A stretch of DNA of 61,574 bases, the filler included. It is 6 parts of 6 records of this genome, joined end to end, with 100 filler letters (N's around TTAATTAATTAA, not from the genome) between each part and the next. Parts side by side here need not be neighbours in the genome. Positions count along the whole stretch, not along the records: positions 30,886 to 50,047 come from DRR723986_14218; positions 50,148 to 55,554 come from DRR723986_14224; 4 more parts are not named here. One strand, given 5' to 3'. Shown piece by piece: positions 41,090 to 50,606 of this stretch (within the stretch, counting starts at the first letter, position 1; each line of letters starts with the position of its first letter). Both the position numbers and the translations under genes were made by a program. The notes beneath the pieces were generated by a model. That model saw only the letters and a list, made by a program, of their open reading frames with translations, was not told the DNA's origin and made no database searches.

Positions 41090-41938
41090 ATGGACAAGAG
41101 AGACCGCGCCGTACTTTTTCGCGAACGCCTGTCGGATGCCTTGCGCAGCCGGGATATGAACCGATCGGATCTGGCACGCGGTGCCGGGCTCGACCGGTCA
41201 ACCGTTTCCCAGTTGTTGTCGGAAGATGCACCCCGCCTGCCAAACGGGCAGGCATTGGCTGCCATTGCAACCGCGCTCAGCGTTTCGTCCGACTGGTTGC
41301 TAGGTCTTTCCACCCACCGCGGGGCCGCGGCCGAAATCCTGGATCAGGCAGTTCAGGTGGCCGAGACCGAGAGGCACCCGGTCGATGAACATCTGCTCGC
41401 CTGGTATCGCGATGCGGTCGGGGCGAAAATCCGGCATGTGCCCGCCAACCTGCCGGATGTCCTCAAGACCGAAGCTGTTCTGGCTTTCGAATACTCCGGC
41501 GAAACGTTGCGCACCGCCGACCAGGCCATAACCGGCACAAGGGATCAGAGGGCACTCCTCAGCCGGGCGGAATCCGACATGGAAATCGCCCTCTCGAAAG
41601 AGGCGCTGGAAGGCTTTGCGCGCGGGGAGGGGCTATGGCAGGGGCTTCCGGTTGACCTGCGTCGCGAGCAGCTGGAGGTCATGGGGCTTACCTTGAGAGA
41701 GCTTTACCCCTCGCTACGTCTGCACCTCTTCGGCGCGACCGACCGGTTCTCCGCACCTTTCACGGTCTTCGGGCAGAAATGGGCGGCACTCTACCTTGGG
41801 CAGCGCTACCTGGCGTTTTCCAACACGCGCCACGTCCAGCTCTTCTCCAGCCACATTGACGATCTCGTTCGCCACGCGGTCATCCGCTCGCATGAGGCAG
41901 GTGATTTTGCCGTTCAACTGGCGCGCCAGCTCGACTGA
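41090..41938 (+). CDS. XRE-family HTH transcriptional regulator
   Basis: SDLAR..GLDRSTVSQLL...LSVSSDWLLG. Confidence 0.85.
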   Translation: MDKRDRAVLFRERLSDALRSRDMNRSDLARGAGLDRSTVSQLLSEDAPRLPNGQALAAIATALSVSSDWLLGLSTHRGAAAEILDQAVQVAETERHPVDEHLLAWYRDAVGAKIRHVPANLPDVLKTEAVLAFEYSGETLRTADQAITGTRDQRALLSRAESDMEIALSKEALEGFARGEGLWQGLPVDLRREQLEVMGLTLRELYPSLRLHLFGATDRFSAPFTVFGQKWAALYLGQRYLAFSNTRHVQLFSSHIDDLVRHAVIRSHEAGDFAVQLARQLD

Positions 41939-42106
41939 CGTCTGTTCGTTTTTAGCTGCAAGAAATGTCACCTTGCAGCCATGGATATCATGTGAGCCGC
42001 AGGCACAGCCCGGTTGGGAGGATCGGCAGCAGGCGTGCGTTTCAAGAAAGCCTGCGTCCTGAAAACCTTTACCTTGAAGGTCGACGCAAGGCCTCCGCTT
42101 TTATTC

Positions 42107-43738
42107 CTAGGCGTGGGCGGACTTTGCAGCTTCCACCGACTTGGCCGGGTGAAAGCTTTCCGCTTCGGCCATTTCCCAATAGGTCGAGTAGCCCGGAATG
42201 TTGTGCGACTTTTCCAGGAGGGCCCCCTTCTTCAACCAGGACAGCGCGACGCTGGCCGGCATGATTTCACGAAGACCTTCGTGCAGGTAGAAATGTTCCG
42301 GCTTGAATTCGCGCGGATGGCTCAGCCCGGCAGCGGCGGAAAAATCCCGAAGGGACTTCAGCGTGTTGCGATGAAAATTCGCGACGCGCTGCGCCTTGTC
42401 GGGAACAACCAGGGCCTGCTGGCGCTTGGGATCCTGCGTGGCGACGCCGGTGGGGCAACGGTTGGTGTGGCAGCTCTGGGACTGGATGCAGCCGACTGCG
42501 AACATGAAGCCGCGCGCAGAGTTGACCCAGTCAGCGCCCAAAGCCAGCGCCCCGGCAATGTCGAATGCGCTGATCAGCTTGCCGGCGGCACCGATCCGGA
42601 TATCTTCGCGAAGACCCGTGCCAACCAGGCAGTTGTGTACGAAGGTCAGACCCTGGCGCAGAGGTGTTCCCAGCCTGTTGGCAAATTCCACCGGTGCGGC
42701 GCCTGTCCCGCCTTCGGCGCCGTCGACCACGATGAAATCCGGCTTGATGCCGGTCTTCAGCATGGCCTTGACGATGGCCATGAATTCCCAGCGATGACCG
42801 ATGCACAGCTTGAAGCCGACCGGCTTGCCACCTGAGAGCTCCCGCAACTGAACGATGAAATGCAGCAGTTCAACCGGGGTTGAGAAAGCGGAATGAGAGG
42901 CAGGTGATATGCAGTCGGTGCCGATCGGAACGCCGCGAGCTTCGGCGATTTCTTCCGTCACTTTCGGTCCGGGCAGCACACCGCCATGACCAGGCTTGGC
43001 CCCCTGGCTCATCTTGATTTCGATCATCTTGATCTGCGGTTCGACAGCCTGCTTGGCGAACTTTTCGGCATCGAAAGTGCCATCGTCCGCACGGCAGCCG
43101 AAATAGCCGCTGCCAAGTTCCCAGACCAGATCGCCGCCACCTTGCCGGTGATAGCGCGAAACGCTGCCTTCCCCGGTGTCGTGATAGAAACCGCCTGCCT
43201 TGGCGCCCTTGTTCAAAGCCAGAATGGCATTGCCGGAGAGCGAACCGAAGCTCATGGCCGAAATGTTGTAGAGGGAAGCCGAATAAGGCTGTTTGCAGTC
43301 CGGTCCGCCAATCGTCACGCGCATGTCTTCATGGTTGTGCGGTTTGGGACAGATCGAATGGTTCACCCAGCCATAGGAAGTGTCGTAGACGTCAAGCTCT
43401 GTACCGAACGGCAGAACATCCTCGATATCCTTCGCCCGGTCATAAACCATGGAGCGCCGCTCCCGCGAAAACGGTCTGCCGTCCTGGTTACTTTCAAAGA
43501 AATACTGGCGCAGTTCCGGCCGGATCGCTTCGAACAGGAAACGGAAATGACCGGAAACAGGATAGTTGCGCAGGATCGCATGTCGGGTCTGGCGGACATC
43601 GAGATAACCGATCGCTGAGAGCACTGCAAAAACCAGAAATGGCCAGACGAAGTAGCCGCTGAGGGCAAACGTCAGGACAAGTGCAACCAGGGCAAGTACG
43701 ATACAAAGAATGAAAACGGTATAGCGGGCGGGAAACAC
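42107..43738 (-). CDS. FMN-binding glutamate synthase family protein (YerD-like), N-terminal TMs
   Basis: SAMSFGSLS, TGEG, QGAKPGHGG, DGAEGGTGAAP, CIQSQSCHTNRCP. Confidence 0.93.
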   Translation of the reverse strand: MFPARYTVFILCIVLALVALVLTFALSGYFVWPFLVFAVLSAIGYLDVRQTRHAILRNYPVSGHFRFLFEAIRPELRQYFFESNQDGRPFSRERRSMVYDRAKDIEDVLPFGTELDVYDTSYGWVNHSICPKPHNHEDMRVTIGGPDCKQPYSASLYNISAMSFGSLSGNAILALNKGAKAGGFYHDTGEGSVSRYHRQGGGDLVWELGSGYFGCRADDGTFDAEKFAKQAVEPQIKMIEIKMSQGAKPGHGGVLPGPKVTEEIAEARGVPIGTDCISPASHSAFSTPVELLHFIVQLRELSGGKPVGFKLCIGHRWEFMAIVKAMLKTGIKPDFIVVDGAEGGTGAAPVEFANRLGTPLRQGLTFVHNCLVGTGLREDIRIGAAGKLISAFDIAGALALGADWVNSARGFMFAVGCIQSQSCHTNRCPTGVATQDPKRQQALVVPDKAQRVANFHRNTLKSLRDFSAAAGLSHPREFKPEHFYLHEGLREIMPASVALSWLKKGALLEKSHNIPGYSTYWEMAEAESFHPAKSVEAAKSAHA

Positions 43739-43845
43739 GGACGGGTGACTCCTATTCGGCGGGCTGTCTAGTTGTGTCAGGCTGCGGCCAAAAAGGAAAG
43801 AGCGATCAACACTGTTGATCGCTCTTGCTTGGAACCGATTTGAGC

Positions 43846-44217
43846 TCAGACCATGTGGTGCACGTTCAGCTTGTTGCCGTCCAGGTCCCGAAAATAGGCG
43901 GCATAAAAGCCGTTGTCGGCGCGCTGGCCGGGCTTGCCTTCGTCCGCCGCGCCAAGCTCTATGGCTTTGCGGTAGACCGCGTCGACCTGTGCCCGGTTCT
44001 GGGCGGACAATGCGACCATGACGCCATTGCCGACGGTCGCCTGTTTGCCGTCATAAGGAATATGCACGGAAAAGGCTGACGTGGTCGGCTGGTTCGCCCA
44101 GACGATGAAGTCATCGAACTCCATCAGCCGCTGTGCGCCGAGTTCAGCCAGCAATGCGTCGTAAAACGCTGCTGACCGCTTCAGGTCGTTGGTTCCCAAA
44201 GACGTATATCCGATCAT
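43846..44217 (-). CDS. VOC/glyoxalase family protein
   Basis: LGTNDL..S..FYD, GNG.M, FY.AYFRDLDGNKL. Confidence 0.92.
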   Translation of the reverse strand: MIGYTSLGTNDLKRSAAFYDALLAELGAQRLMEFDDFIVWANQPTTSAFSVHIPYDGKQATVGNGVMVALSAQNRAQVDAVYRKAIELGAADEGKPGQRADNGFYAAYFRDLDGNKLNVHHMV

Positions 44218-44310
44218 GAGTTTCTCCTGAAAATTGGTGTGTGCGGTGCCGGCGTGATGGATTTAGGTGTTTGCAAAAATGTTTGAAATAGGCAGATTTA
44301 AGTTGGAAGT

Positions 44311-44324
44311 TTTCAAATTTGAAA
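44311..44324. promoter_or_regulatory. perfect palindrome TTTCAAATTTGAAA, candidate LysR site
   Basis: 14-bp palindrome between the divergent VOC and lysR genes, just before the lysR ATG. Confidence 0.45.
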
Positions 44325-44328
44325 GAGC

Positions 44329-45210
44329 ATGATGGATTGGAACTACCTTCGAACGTTTCACGCGGTCGCCGAGACCAGCAGTCTCGGCAAGGCTGCTGAA
44401 AAGCTCGCAATCAGCCATGCCACGGCGTTCAGGCACATCCGTTCTCTGGAAGAGCAGCTTGGCTCCAGATTGTTCGAAAAGGTGAAGGGCCGTTACAGAC
44501 CGACCGAGGCTGGTGCCGAAATTCTGGACCTGGCGCAGTCTGTTGTCGTTGCCATGGAGGACATCGACCGTCGGATATCCGGGGCGGATCTGGCTTTGAA
44601 GGGGCGAATCCGATTGACGGCCCCCGCAAGTTTCGCAGCCCATTTCCTTCCTGGCTACCTAGGCGACTTCAGAGCCCGGTTTCCCGACATCACCGTTGAG
44701 CTGCTGACCTCCAACGAGGAGATCAACATGTCCAGCAGGGCTGCGGAGATCGCCCTGCGGGTCACGTCATCTCCACCCGAACACCTGATCGGACGCAAGG
44801 TCGCAGATATTCCCTGGGCCTATTTCGCAAGCCAGACCTATCTGGAGCGCAATGGCGCGCCGTCGAATTCGGCCGATCTCACAACACATGACCTGATTGG
44901 CGCAACCGGACTGCTATCCCAGCGGCCTGGCTTCCAACAGATGGACAGGACGCATCGCGACAGGATCGTGGTCCGAAGCGATGATCTGATGACCATGGCT
45001 GCATTGGCGCGCAAGGGGTTAGGGATATGTCTCGTTCCGGTGGATGTCGCACAAGGCGACTTGCAGAAACTGGCCCTCACCAATGACGTACCAGCAAATG
45101 AGCTCTGGGTGCTGACCCATCCCGACCTTCGCTCTGTCGAACGGGTCGCCTGCATGACGCGGTTTCTGGCAACAGCCTTCGGGGCCGAAGCCGCCTTTTC
45201 AGATACGTAG
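44329..45210 (+). CDS. LysR family transcriptional regulator
   Basis: N-terminal HTH (SL.KAA..L.ISH.T..R.I..LE..LG.RLF), substrate domain. Confidence 0.95.
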   Translation: MMDWNYLRTFHAVAETSSLGKAAEKLAISHATAFRHIRSLEEQLGSRLFEKVKGRYRPTEAGAEILDLAQSVVVAMEDIDRRISGADLALKGRIRLTAPASFAAHFLPGYLGDFRARFPDITVELLTSNEEINMSSRAAEIALRVTSSPPEHLIGRKVADIPWAYFASQTYLERNGAPSNSADLTTHDLIGATGLLSQRPGFQQMDRTHRDRIVVRSDDLMTMAALARKGLGICLVPVDVAQGDLQKLALTNDVPANELWVLTHPDLRSVERVACMTRFLATAFGAEAAFSDT

Positions 45211-45235
45211 CTTCGTTTTAGACGACATAGTCTAA

Positions 45236-46534
45236 TCAGATCCTGTCAGCGCCGATCAGCGACAGGAGCCGCTCTGCCGTACCTCGCGCACCCGGTTCGC
45301 TTGCCATGATGTCTGCCACCCGTTTGGCACCGACACGATACACAGGGTCTTCGAGTTGCATCAGCGCCCGAGCGAGTTTCGAAGGAGCGAGCGACTTTTG
45401 CCGGATCGGTGCAGGCCCGGCTCCGATCTTGTGAACCTGCGCACCCCAGAAGGGCTGATCGCCGAAGACGGGACAGACCAGCGAAGGTTTGCCCCAGCGC
45501 AGGGCTTCGTGGGTGGTGCCGGCACCACCGTGGTGAACGATTGCCGCGCAACGCGGGAAAAGCCAGCTGTGAGGTGCCTTATCCAGCAGGAAGACGCGGC
45601 CTGAAAGTGTCCGCGGCAGGCTTTGCCCGGACAATCCTCCCCAGCCCGTCGCCAGGATCGCACGTTGGCCGGTTTGTTCCAGGGCTGCAAGCACGGTTTC
45701 TGTCAGCTTTGCCGGGTTCCTGCTCGGCATGGAGCCAAAGCCCAGATAGATTGGCTCCGGGCCGTTTTCCAGAAACGAAGCCAGATCTTCCGGGGGAACG
45801 TAGTTCGGATCAGGTTCGGTCAGCCAATAGCCGCAGGCCCAGTTGTTCTCCGGCCAGTCTGGTGGTGTTGGCACGAGACCCCCGGAAAAAGCCTGAAGGG
45901 ACAGCGGCGATCCTCCGCCGGGCATATGGCCGTCCATCAGATCGCCCGAATGGGCAGGGGCATCCTTCGTCCCCGCTTCCGCGCGGACGGCCTTTGCGAG
46001 CGGCGCGATACCCAGCCGCATCAGGGTGCGACCGATGGCAAAACTTTGCCGATTCAGGAAGGGACCGAGGTCGGGCAATCCGAAAAGCGGTAGCGGAAAG
46101 GAACCCGTTGTCGCGCTCACCGGCTGAAGCGCTGTCGGCAGGGCGGGTACGTCGAGATGACGCGCTACAAGTGTCAGGACAGTTGCCTTGAGATTGAACA
46201 GGATAAGGTCCGGTTTTTCCTGCATGGCGATCTGCCAGAGGCGCCGGGCGGCTTCCTTCTGCAGATCGATATTCTTGCGGGCTGCACGGATTTTGCCCTT
46301 CAACGTGAACAGCGCAGCCTGAATGTCCTCATTTTGCAGAAGGGCTTGATAATCGAGTGGAACCGGCCGTGACCGGGCACCGGCAGCGGTGATCATGTCA
46401 TTGAAACCTTCTCCCGTCGTCACCACGACGTCGGCGCCCATCTTTGCCAGGTCGTGTGCCAGGGCAACATAGGGCTGAACGTCTCCGCGCGTGCCCAGAG
46501 AGGCAATGAGGATCTTCTTTCGGGGAGTTGGCAT
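45236..46534 (-). CDS. GT1/GT28-type (sterol glucosyltransferase-like) glycosyltransferase
   Basis: GTRGDVQP, GFGSM, HHGGAGTT, DQPFW. Confidence 0.92.
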   Translation of the reverse strand: MPTPRKKILIASLGTRGDVQPYVALAHDLAKMGADVVVTTGEGFNDMITAAGARSRPVPLDYQALLQNEDIQAALFTLKGKIRAARKNIDLQKEAARRLWQIAMQEKPDLILFNLKATVLTLVARHLDVPALPTALQPVSATTGSFPLPLFGLPDLGPFLNRQSFAIGRTLMRLGIAPLAKAVRAEAGTKDAPAHSGDLMDGHMPGGGSPLSLQAFSGGLVPTPPDWPENNWACGYWLTEPDPNYVPPEDLASFLENGPEPIYLGFGSMPSRNPAKLTETVLAALEQTGQRAILATGWGGLSGQSLPRTLSGRVFLLDKAPHSWLFPRCAAIVHHGGAGTTHEALRWGKPSLVCPVFGDQPFWGAQVHKIGAGPAPIRQKSLAPSKLARALMQLEDPVYRVGAKRVADIMASEPGARGTAERLLSLIGADRI

Positions 46535-46667
46535 CAGGGCCTCGGTTCGGAAAATCTGGCGGGGCTTCGGTAGGCTTCCCTCAGATGGCGGCCCGCAGCT
46601 GCAATTGCAACCGTAGCGTGGATCGCCTAAGCCAGTGCGAAGCGGCAAATGGTCCTCGGAGGAAACG

Positions 46668-47093
46668 ATGCAAACCAGATTCGCAATTGGCACCCGCGGG
46701 CAGGGCCTTTACGAATTCACCTCGTCGGTGGCTGAATGGCTTGCAGAAACAGGTGCGAAAGATGGCTTGCTCACACTGTTTGTCCGCCACACTTCGTGTT
46801 CGCTGCTGATTCAGGAAAATGCGGATCCGGATGTGCAGCGCGACCTGAAGGCGTTTTTCGAACGTTTGGTTCCGCCCGCAGATCACCCTTCCATGAATTA
46901 TCTGGTGCATACCCTGGAGGGACCGGACGATATGCCTGCCCACATCAAGGCTGCGATGATGCCGGTTTCGCTTTCCATTCCCGTCTCGGCAGGGCGCATG
47001 GCGCTTGGCACCTGGCAGGGAATTTATCTGTTCGAACATCGGGCCCGAGCTCATCAGCGTCAGATCGCCGCTCATTTTCTGCCTGACAGCTAA
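46668..47093 (+). CDS. yjbQ: YjbQ/UPF0047 family protein
   Basis: HTS.SL.IQENADPDV..DL, H..EGPDDMPAHIK, LGTWQGIYL.EHR. Confidence 0.93.
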   Translation: MQTRFAIGTRGQGLYEFTSSVAEWLAETGAKDGLLTLFVRHTSCSLLIQENADPDVQRDLKAFFERLVPPADHPSMNYLVHTLEGPDDMPAHIKAAMMPVSLSIPVSAGRMALGTWQGIYLFEHRARAHQRQIAAHFLPDS

Positions 47094-47263
47094 TCGGATG
47101 TTTTGTCTGCGCGATCGATGACCGTGATTGAGAAAAAAGGCGCTTTCGGAAAATTTGTGACGACTATCACATCCTGAAAAATTGAAGCCGGTAGAGTGGT
47201 TGCATGATCCGGAAATCCGTCTCAGAAAACCGGAAGTCGGTTGAGTTTCAGAGAGATAGTCAG

Positions 47264-47626
47264 ATGCGCACCACCCTTTTCCTTGCCGCACTGTTCCTGG
47301 CTGGTCCCGCCATTGCCGATAACGACCCGAACCGCCCGACCGACAGGATCGCGGCAGACCTCGGTATCGAGGAGGCGGTCTTCATCGAGTGTTTCAAACC
47401 CGTCAATCCGGAGCCGGGCAAATATCCCAGCGGTGCCCAGCAACGGGCGAACAAGGCGCTGTTGCTGCCGTGCCTGCAAAGGGCCAACGCTGCCATCACC
47501 AATGATCGCCTGGATGCGGTCATGGACAAATACCGGCCTGAGGGCGCATTCCGGAAAGAAGATTGTTCCCGCAAGTCCGCAAACCGGCCCGTTATGCAGC
47601 GTTGTGTCTTCCTGAAAGTCGAGTGA
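47264..47626 (+). CDS. small exported hypothetical protein with a Cys pair
   Basis: Signal peptide ending AIA; F.ECF..V.P ... LLPCLQ.AN..ITN..LD.VMD.YRP. Confidence 0.65.
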   Translation: MRTTLFLAALFLAGPAIADNDPNRPTDRIAADLGIEEAVFIECFKPVNPEPGKYPSGAQQRANKALLLPCLQRANAAITNDRLDAVMDKYRPEGAFRKEDCSRKSANRPVMQRCVFLKVE

Positions 47627-47633
47627 CGCTCAC

Positions 47634-48386
47634 TTACTTGCGAAGTGCCGGAAGGCCAACCCCGGTGCTTTCAAAACCACCATCGGAAGCAATTACCTGC
47701 CCGGTGACGTAACTCGCCTGCTCGGAGCATAGAAAGGCGATTACTTCGCCAATTTCCGTTTCCGAGCCATAGCGGTTGAGCGGGATCGCGTCGTGATAGG
47801 CATCGATGATGTCCTGGCTGTGCACCGCCATCGCCAGCTTGGTGCGCACGGGGCCCGGGCAGACACAGTTGGCACGAATGCCGTATTCGCCAAGTTCCGC
47901 TGCCTGTTGCTTGGTGAGCTGGATGACGGCGGCCTTGGAGGTTCCATAGGCAACCCGCAACGTTGATGCGCGCAGGCCGGAAATGGAGGCGATGTTGACG
48001 ATGGCGCCACGGGTTTTCTTCAAGGCGGGAACGACAGCTTGAGAAACCAGAAACACGCCGTCGAGATTGGTCTCCATGACCCGCCGCCACATGGCAAAAT
48101 CCGTCTCCTCGATCGGGCCGAATTCGGCGACGCCGGCATTGTTCACGACGGCATCCAGCTGACCGAATTTCTGCAAGATGGCAGGGATGGTTGCCTCGAC
48201 CTGCTCTGCGATGGAAACGTCACAGATAAACGGAACGGCACCTGCCAGACCTTCGGACGCAATCGCGAGTTGGTCGACATCCCGGTCAAGTATGGCAACT
48301 TGCCAGCCGCGGCTCAGCATGAGCTTTGCCGTCGCAAGGCCGATGCCCCGGGCAGCACCGGTGATGAGGATGGTTTTCTGGGTCAT
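47634..48386 (-). CDS. SDR oxidoreductase
   Basis: TGAARGIG, NNAG, YGTSK. Confidence 0.95.
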   Translation of the reverse strand: MTQKTILITGAARGIGLATAKLMLSRGWQVAILDRDVDQLAIASEGLAGAVPFICDVSIAEQVEATIPAILQKFGQLDAVVNNAGVAEFGPIEETDFAMWRRVMETNLDGVFLVSQAVVPALKKTRGAIVNIASISGLRASTLRVAYGTSKAAVIQLTKQQAAELGEYGIRANCVCPGPVRTKLAMAVHSQDIIDAYHDAIPLNRYGSETEIGEVIAFLCSEQASYVTGQVIASDGGFESTGVGLPALRK

Positions 48387-48439
48387 GGGGGGAGATCCGT
48401 TCAGGGCAGGGGAAAGGGGAAGCGGGCCTGTTGAGAAGG

Positions 48440-48880
48440 TCAGCGCGTTGAAATACAGACGCGAATGGAACCGGCATTGTCCGGCAGCGCGACATCCTTG
48501 TCGTTGATGCGGAAGGCATAGACACCGGCCGGATCGCGCGAGTTGACGGCGAGCGCGGCAAACTCCGCGAACGGAACAATGCGGCCCGCCTGATCTCGCA
48601 CAAGCATCTCGCCGAAAGCGTAGGATTGGTCAAACTTGTAGCCGTAGAGCGGGCCTAGCCGGCGCGCGTCTTCGCCCGTGTAGCCACGCGGGCCGACGGC
48701 CTTGTACATGCCGGCAATCACGCTCCAGCCGCCGGAATACTGCACGCCGGTGATCTTGCCGCCGGGCAGGGACAGTTGCTGCCAGCCGCGTTTCGCCTGA
48801 ACATCGATGCAATGATCGGCGGCAAATGCTGTGGACGAGAACAAGAGGGGCAGAAGCAGGCAAAGGCGAACAAGGGGCAT
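48440..48880 (-). CDS. exported LecA/PA-IL-like lectin-fold protein
   Basis: Signal peptide; V.A..GWQ, G.W, GP.G, G.ML, IND....DN.GS..V pattern. Confidence 0.6.
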   Translation of the reverse strand: MPLVRLCLLLPLLFSSTAFAADHCIDVQAKRGWQQLSLPGGKITGVQYSGGWSVIAGMYKAVGPRGYTGEDARRLGPLYGYKFDQSYAFGEMLVRDQAGRIVPFAEFAALAVNSRDPAGVYAFRINDKDVALPDNAGSIRVCISTR

Positions 48881-49004
48881 GGGCTGATCCGAAATGAACT
48901 TGCCCCAGAAGATAACAGCCCCGCGTGCGGGTCAAGCTGTGCCCGGGAGCGCTGGTTCCGGATCACGCAAGCCTCACACAGGCTTGCCTTGCAACTATTT
49001 GCGT

Positions 49005-49094
49005 GAAGACCCACATCGTAGGGTGAACGATGAGGGTCGTTCCTCCCCAGACTGGCGCCGGGCTTTTACGAAAAGCTGCGGCGCCTTCTTTTTT
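49005..49094 (+). ncRNA. candidate small RNA: hairpin + anti-SD UUCCUCCCCAGACU + terminator
   Basis: GACCCaCATCGT/ACGATGaGGGTC stem, single-stranded CCTCCCC, GGCGCCG..CGGCGCC stem with a T tract; no + strand gene leads into it. Confidence 0.6.
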
Positions 49095-49265
49095 CAACTC
49101 TTTGTCGGTATGCTGACCGTGTGGGCGACAAGGTCGCCAAAACCGGAAATGTGCTCCACTGCGCTCCTGGTGGGCCAGGACCTTTTCCTGGAGAGCTGCA
49201 TGTGGTGGCCCGCGCCGTCGGACGGGGACGGCGCGGGCTTTAACACCGGCCTGAAAAGGAGGGGC

Positions 49266-49520
49266 TCAGGACACGGTGTTAGCCGTTGCCGCCAGGATGG
49301 CAGCAATCTGGTCTTTCAGATTTAGTCTCTTCTTTTTCAGGTCTTCCAGGACATCGTCGGATGCCGGCTCCACATCTGTCTCGATGCGGTGCACTTCGCG
49401 ATTGACGGTGTGATATTCATCCGCCAGTCGGGCGAAATGGGCATCACTTGTTTTCAACGCATGCAAAGTGTCTGCGGCTTCCGGAAATTCTTCATGTAAC
49501 TCGTGTGGCACGTGGCTCAT
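49266..49520 (-). CDS. YdcH/DUF465 family protein
   Basis: MSH.PHEL.EEFP...LK..DAHF.RL..EY..VN...LKK.RL.LKD.I; SD GGAGG. Confidence 0.88.
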   Translation of the reverse strand: MSHVPHELHEEFPEAADTLHALKTSDAHFARLADEYHTVNREVHRIETDVEPASDDVLEDLKKKRLNLKDQIAAILAATANTVS

Positions 49521-49687
49521 TCTTGCCTCCTTGTAAGAACCACAAGGTGCCGCCAACCTGTTCAATTCACCTTGAGACAGATCAATCGTGCTCGAAATTG
49601 CATCGGAGTTTTTGTGGTGGCGCCGGTTTGCGCGCACGCGCGAGGCTGGAAGCCTGGAAAAGCAGGCGATCGGCGCTGGAACGGGTG

Positions 49688-50047
49688 TCAGCCGCTGACA
49701 GGCTTGAGCTTTGCCAAGCGACCGCTCGTCGGCATCTTTTCCTTCAAGGTCTGTTCCAGAAGGTAGAGGGAGAAGTCCCGGATGGGCATCGGTTTGGCAA
49801 AGAAATAGCCCTGGGCATAGTCCACATCTCGGTTCCTGAGGGACGCGAGCTGGTCCATCGTCTCGACACCCTCCGCACAGACTTTCATGCCGTGCGCCGA
49901 AGCAATGCCGAGGATCGCCTGAACAAAGGCACCGCGGGCCGTGTCGGTGGTGCTGCCGAGATCATCGACGAACATCTTGTCGATCTTCACCAGATCGGGC
50001 TTGAGCGCCTTGATCTGGGCAAGGTTGGAATAGCCGGTGCCGAAATC
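49688..50047 (-). CDS. EAL-domain protein, C-terminal fragment
   Basis: DFGTGYSNL, KIDKMFV, AEGVET, QGYFFAKP; open to the gap. Confidence 0.9.
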   Translation of the reverse strand, partial: DFGTGYSNLAQIKALKPDLVKIDKMFVDDLGSTTDTARGAFVQAILGIASAHGMKVCAEGVETMDQLASLRNRDVDYAQGYFFAKPMPIRDFSLYLLEQTLKEKMPTSGRLAKLKPVSG

Positions 50048-50147
50048 NNNNNNNNNNNNNNNNNNNNNNNNNNNNNNNNNNNNNNNNNNNNTTAATTAAT
50101 TAANNNNNNNNNNNNNNNNNNNNNNNNNNNNNNNNNNNNNNNNNNNN
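50048..50147. other. artificial contig spacer
   Basis: N run with TTAATTAATTAA. Confidence 0.98.
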
Positions 50148-50149
50148 CG

Positions 50150-50458
50150 GGCGGCCAGCAGCAGCGCGTCGCCATCGTGCGGGCGTTGGCGATGCAGCCG
50201 CGCATGATGCTTTTCGACGAGATCACCTCGGCGCTCGATCCCGAACTGGTGGGCGAGGTTCTGGACGTGCTGCGCCAGTTGCGCGCCGAGGGCATGACCA
50301 TGGTCCTTGCCACGCACGAGATGGGCTTTGCCCGCGAACTGGCCGATCAGGTCTGCTTTCTCGATCAGGGCCGCATTCTGGAACAGGGCCCGCCGGACCG
50401 GCTCTTCGGCGCGCCGCAGCAGGATCGGACACGCGCGTTCCTCTCTCGCGTGCTCTGA
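50150..50458 (+). CDS. polar amino acid ABC transporter ATPase, C-terminal fragment
   Basis: [34 protein letters not shown]. Confidence 0.92.
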   Translation, partial: GGQQQRVAIVRALAMQPRMMLFDEITSALDPELVGEVLDVLRQLRAEGMTMVLATHEMGFARELADQVCFLDQGRILEQGPPDRLFGAPQQDRTRAFLSRVL

Positions 50459-50606
50459 CGGCCCGGGACCGCCGTTCAGATTGCGCAGGCCATGCCTGCC
50501 GGGGTCGGGTATACCGTGGTCGGGTTTTCCCGCGTTGACTCAAAAGCGTCCGCCGGGGAACATGAAAGGGCTTTCAAGACAAAGCCTTTTCCCGGGGGGA
50601 CCTCTC

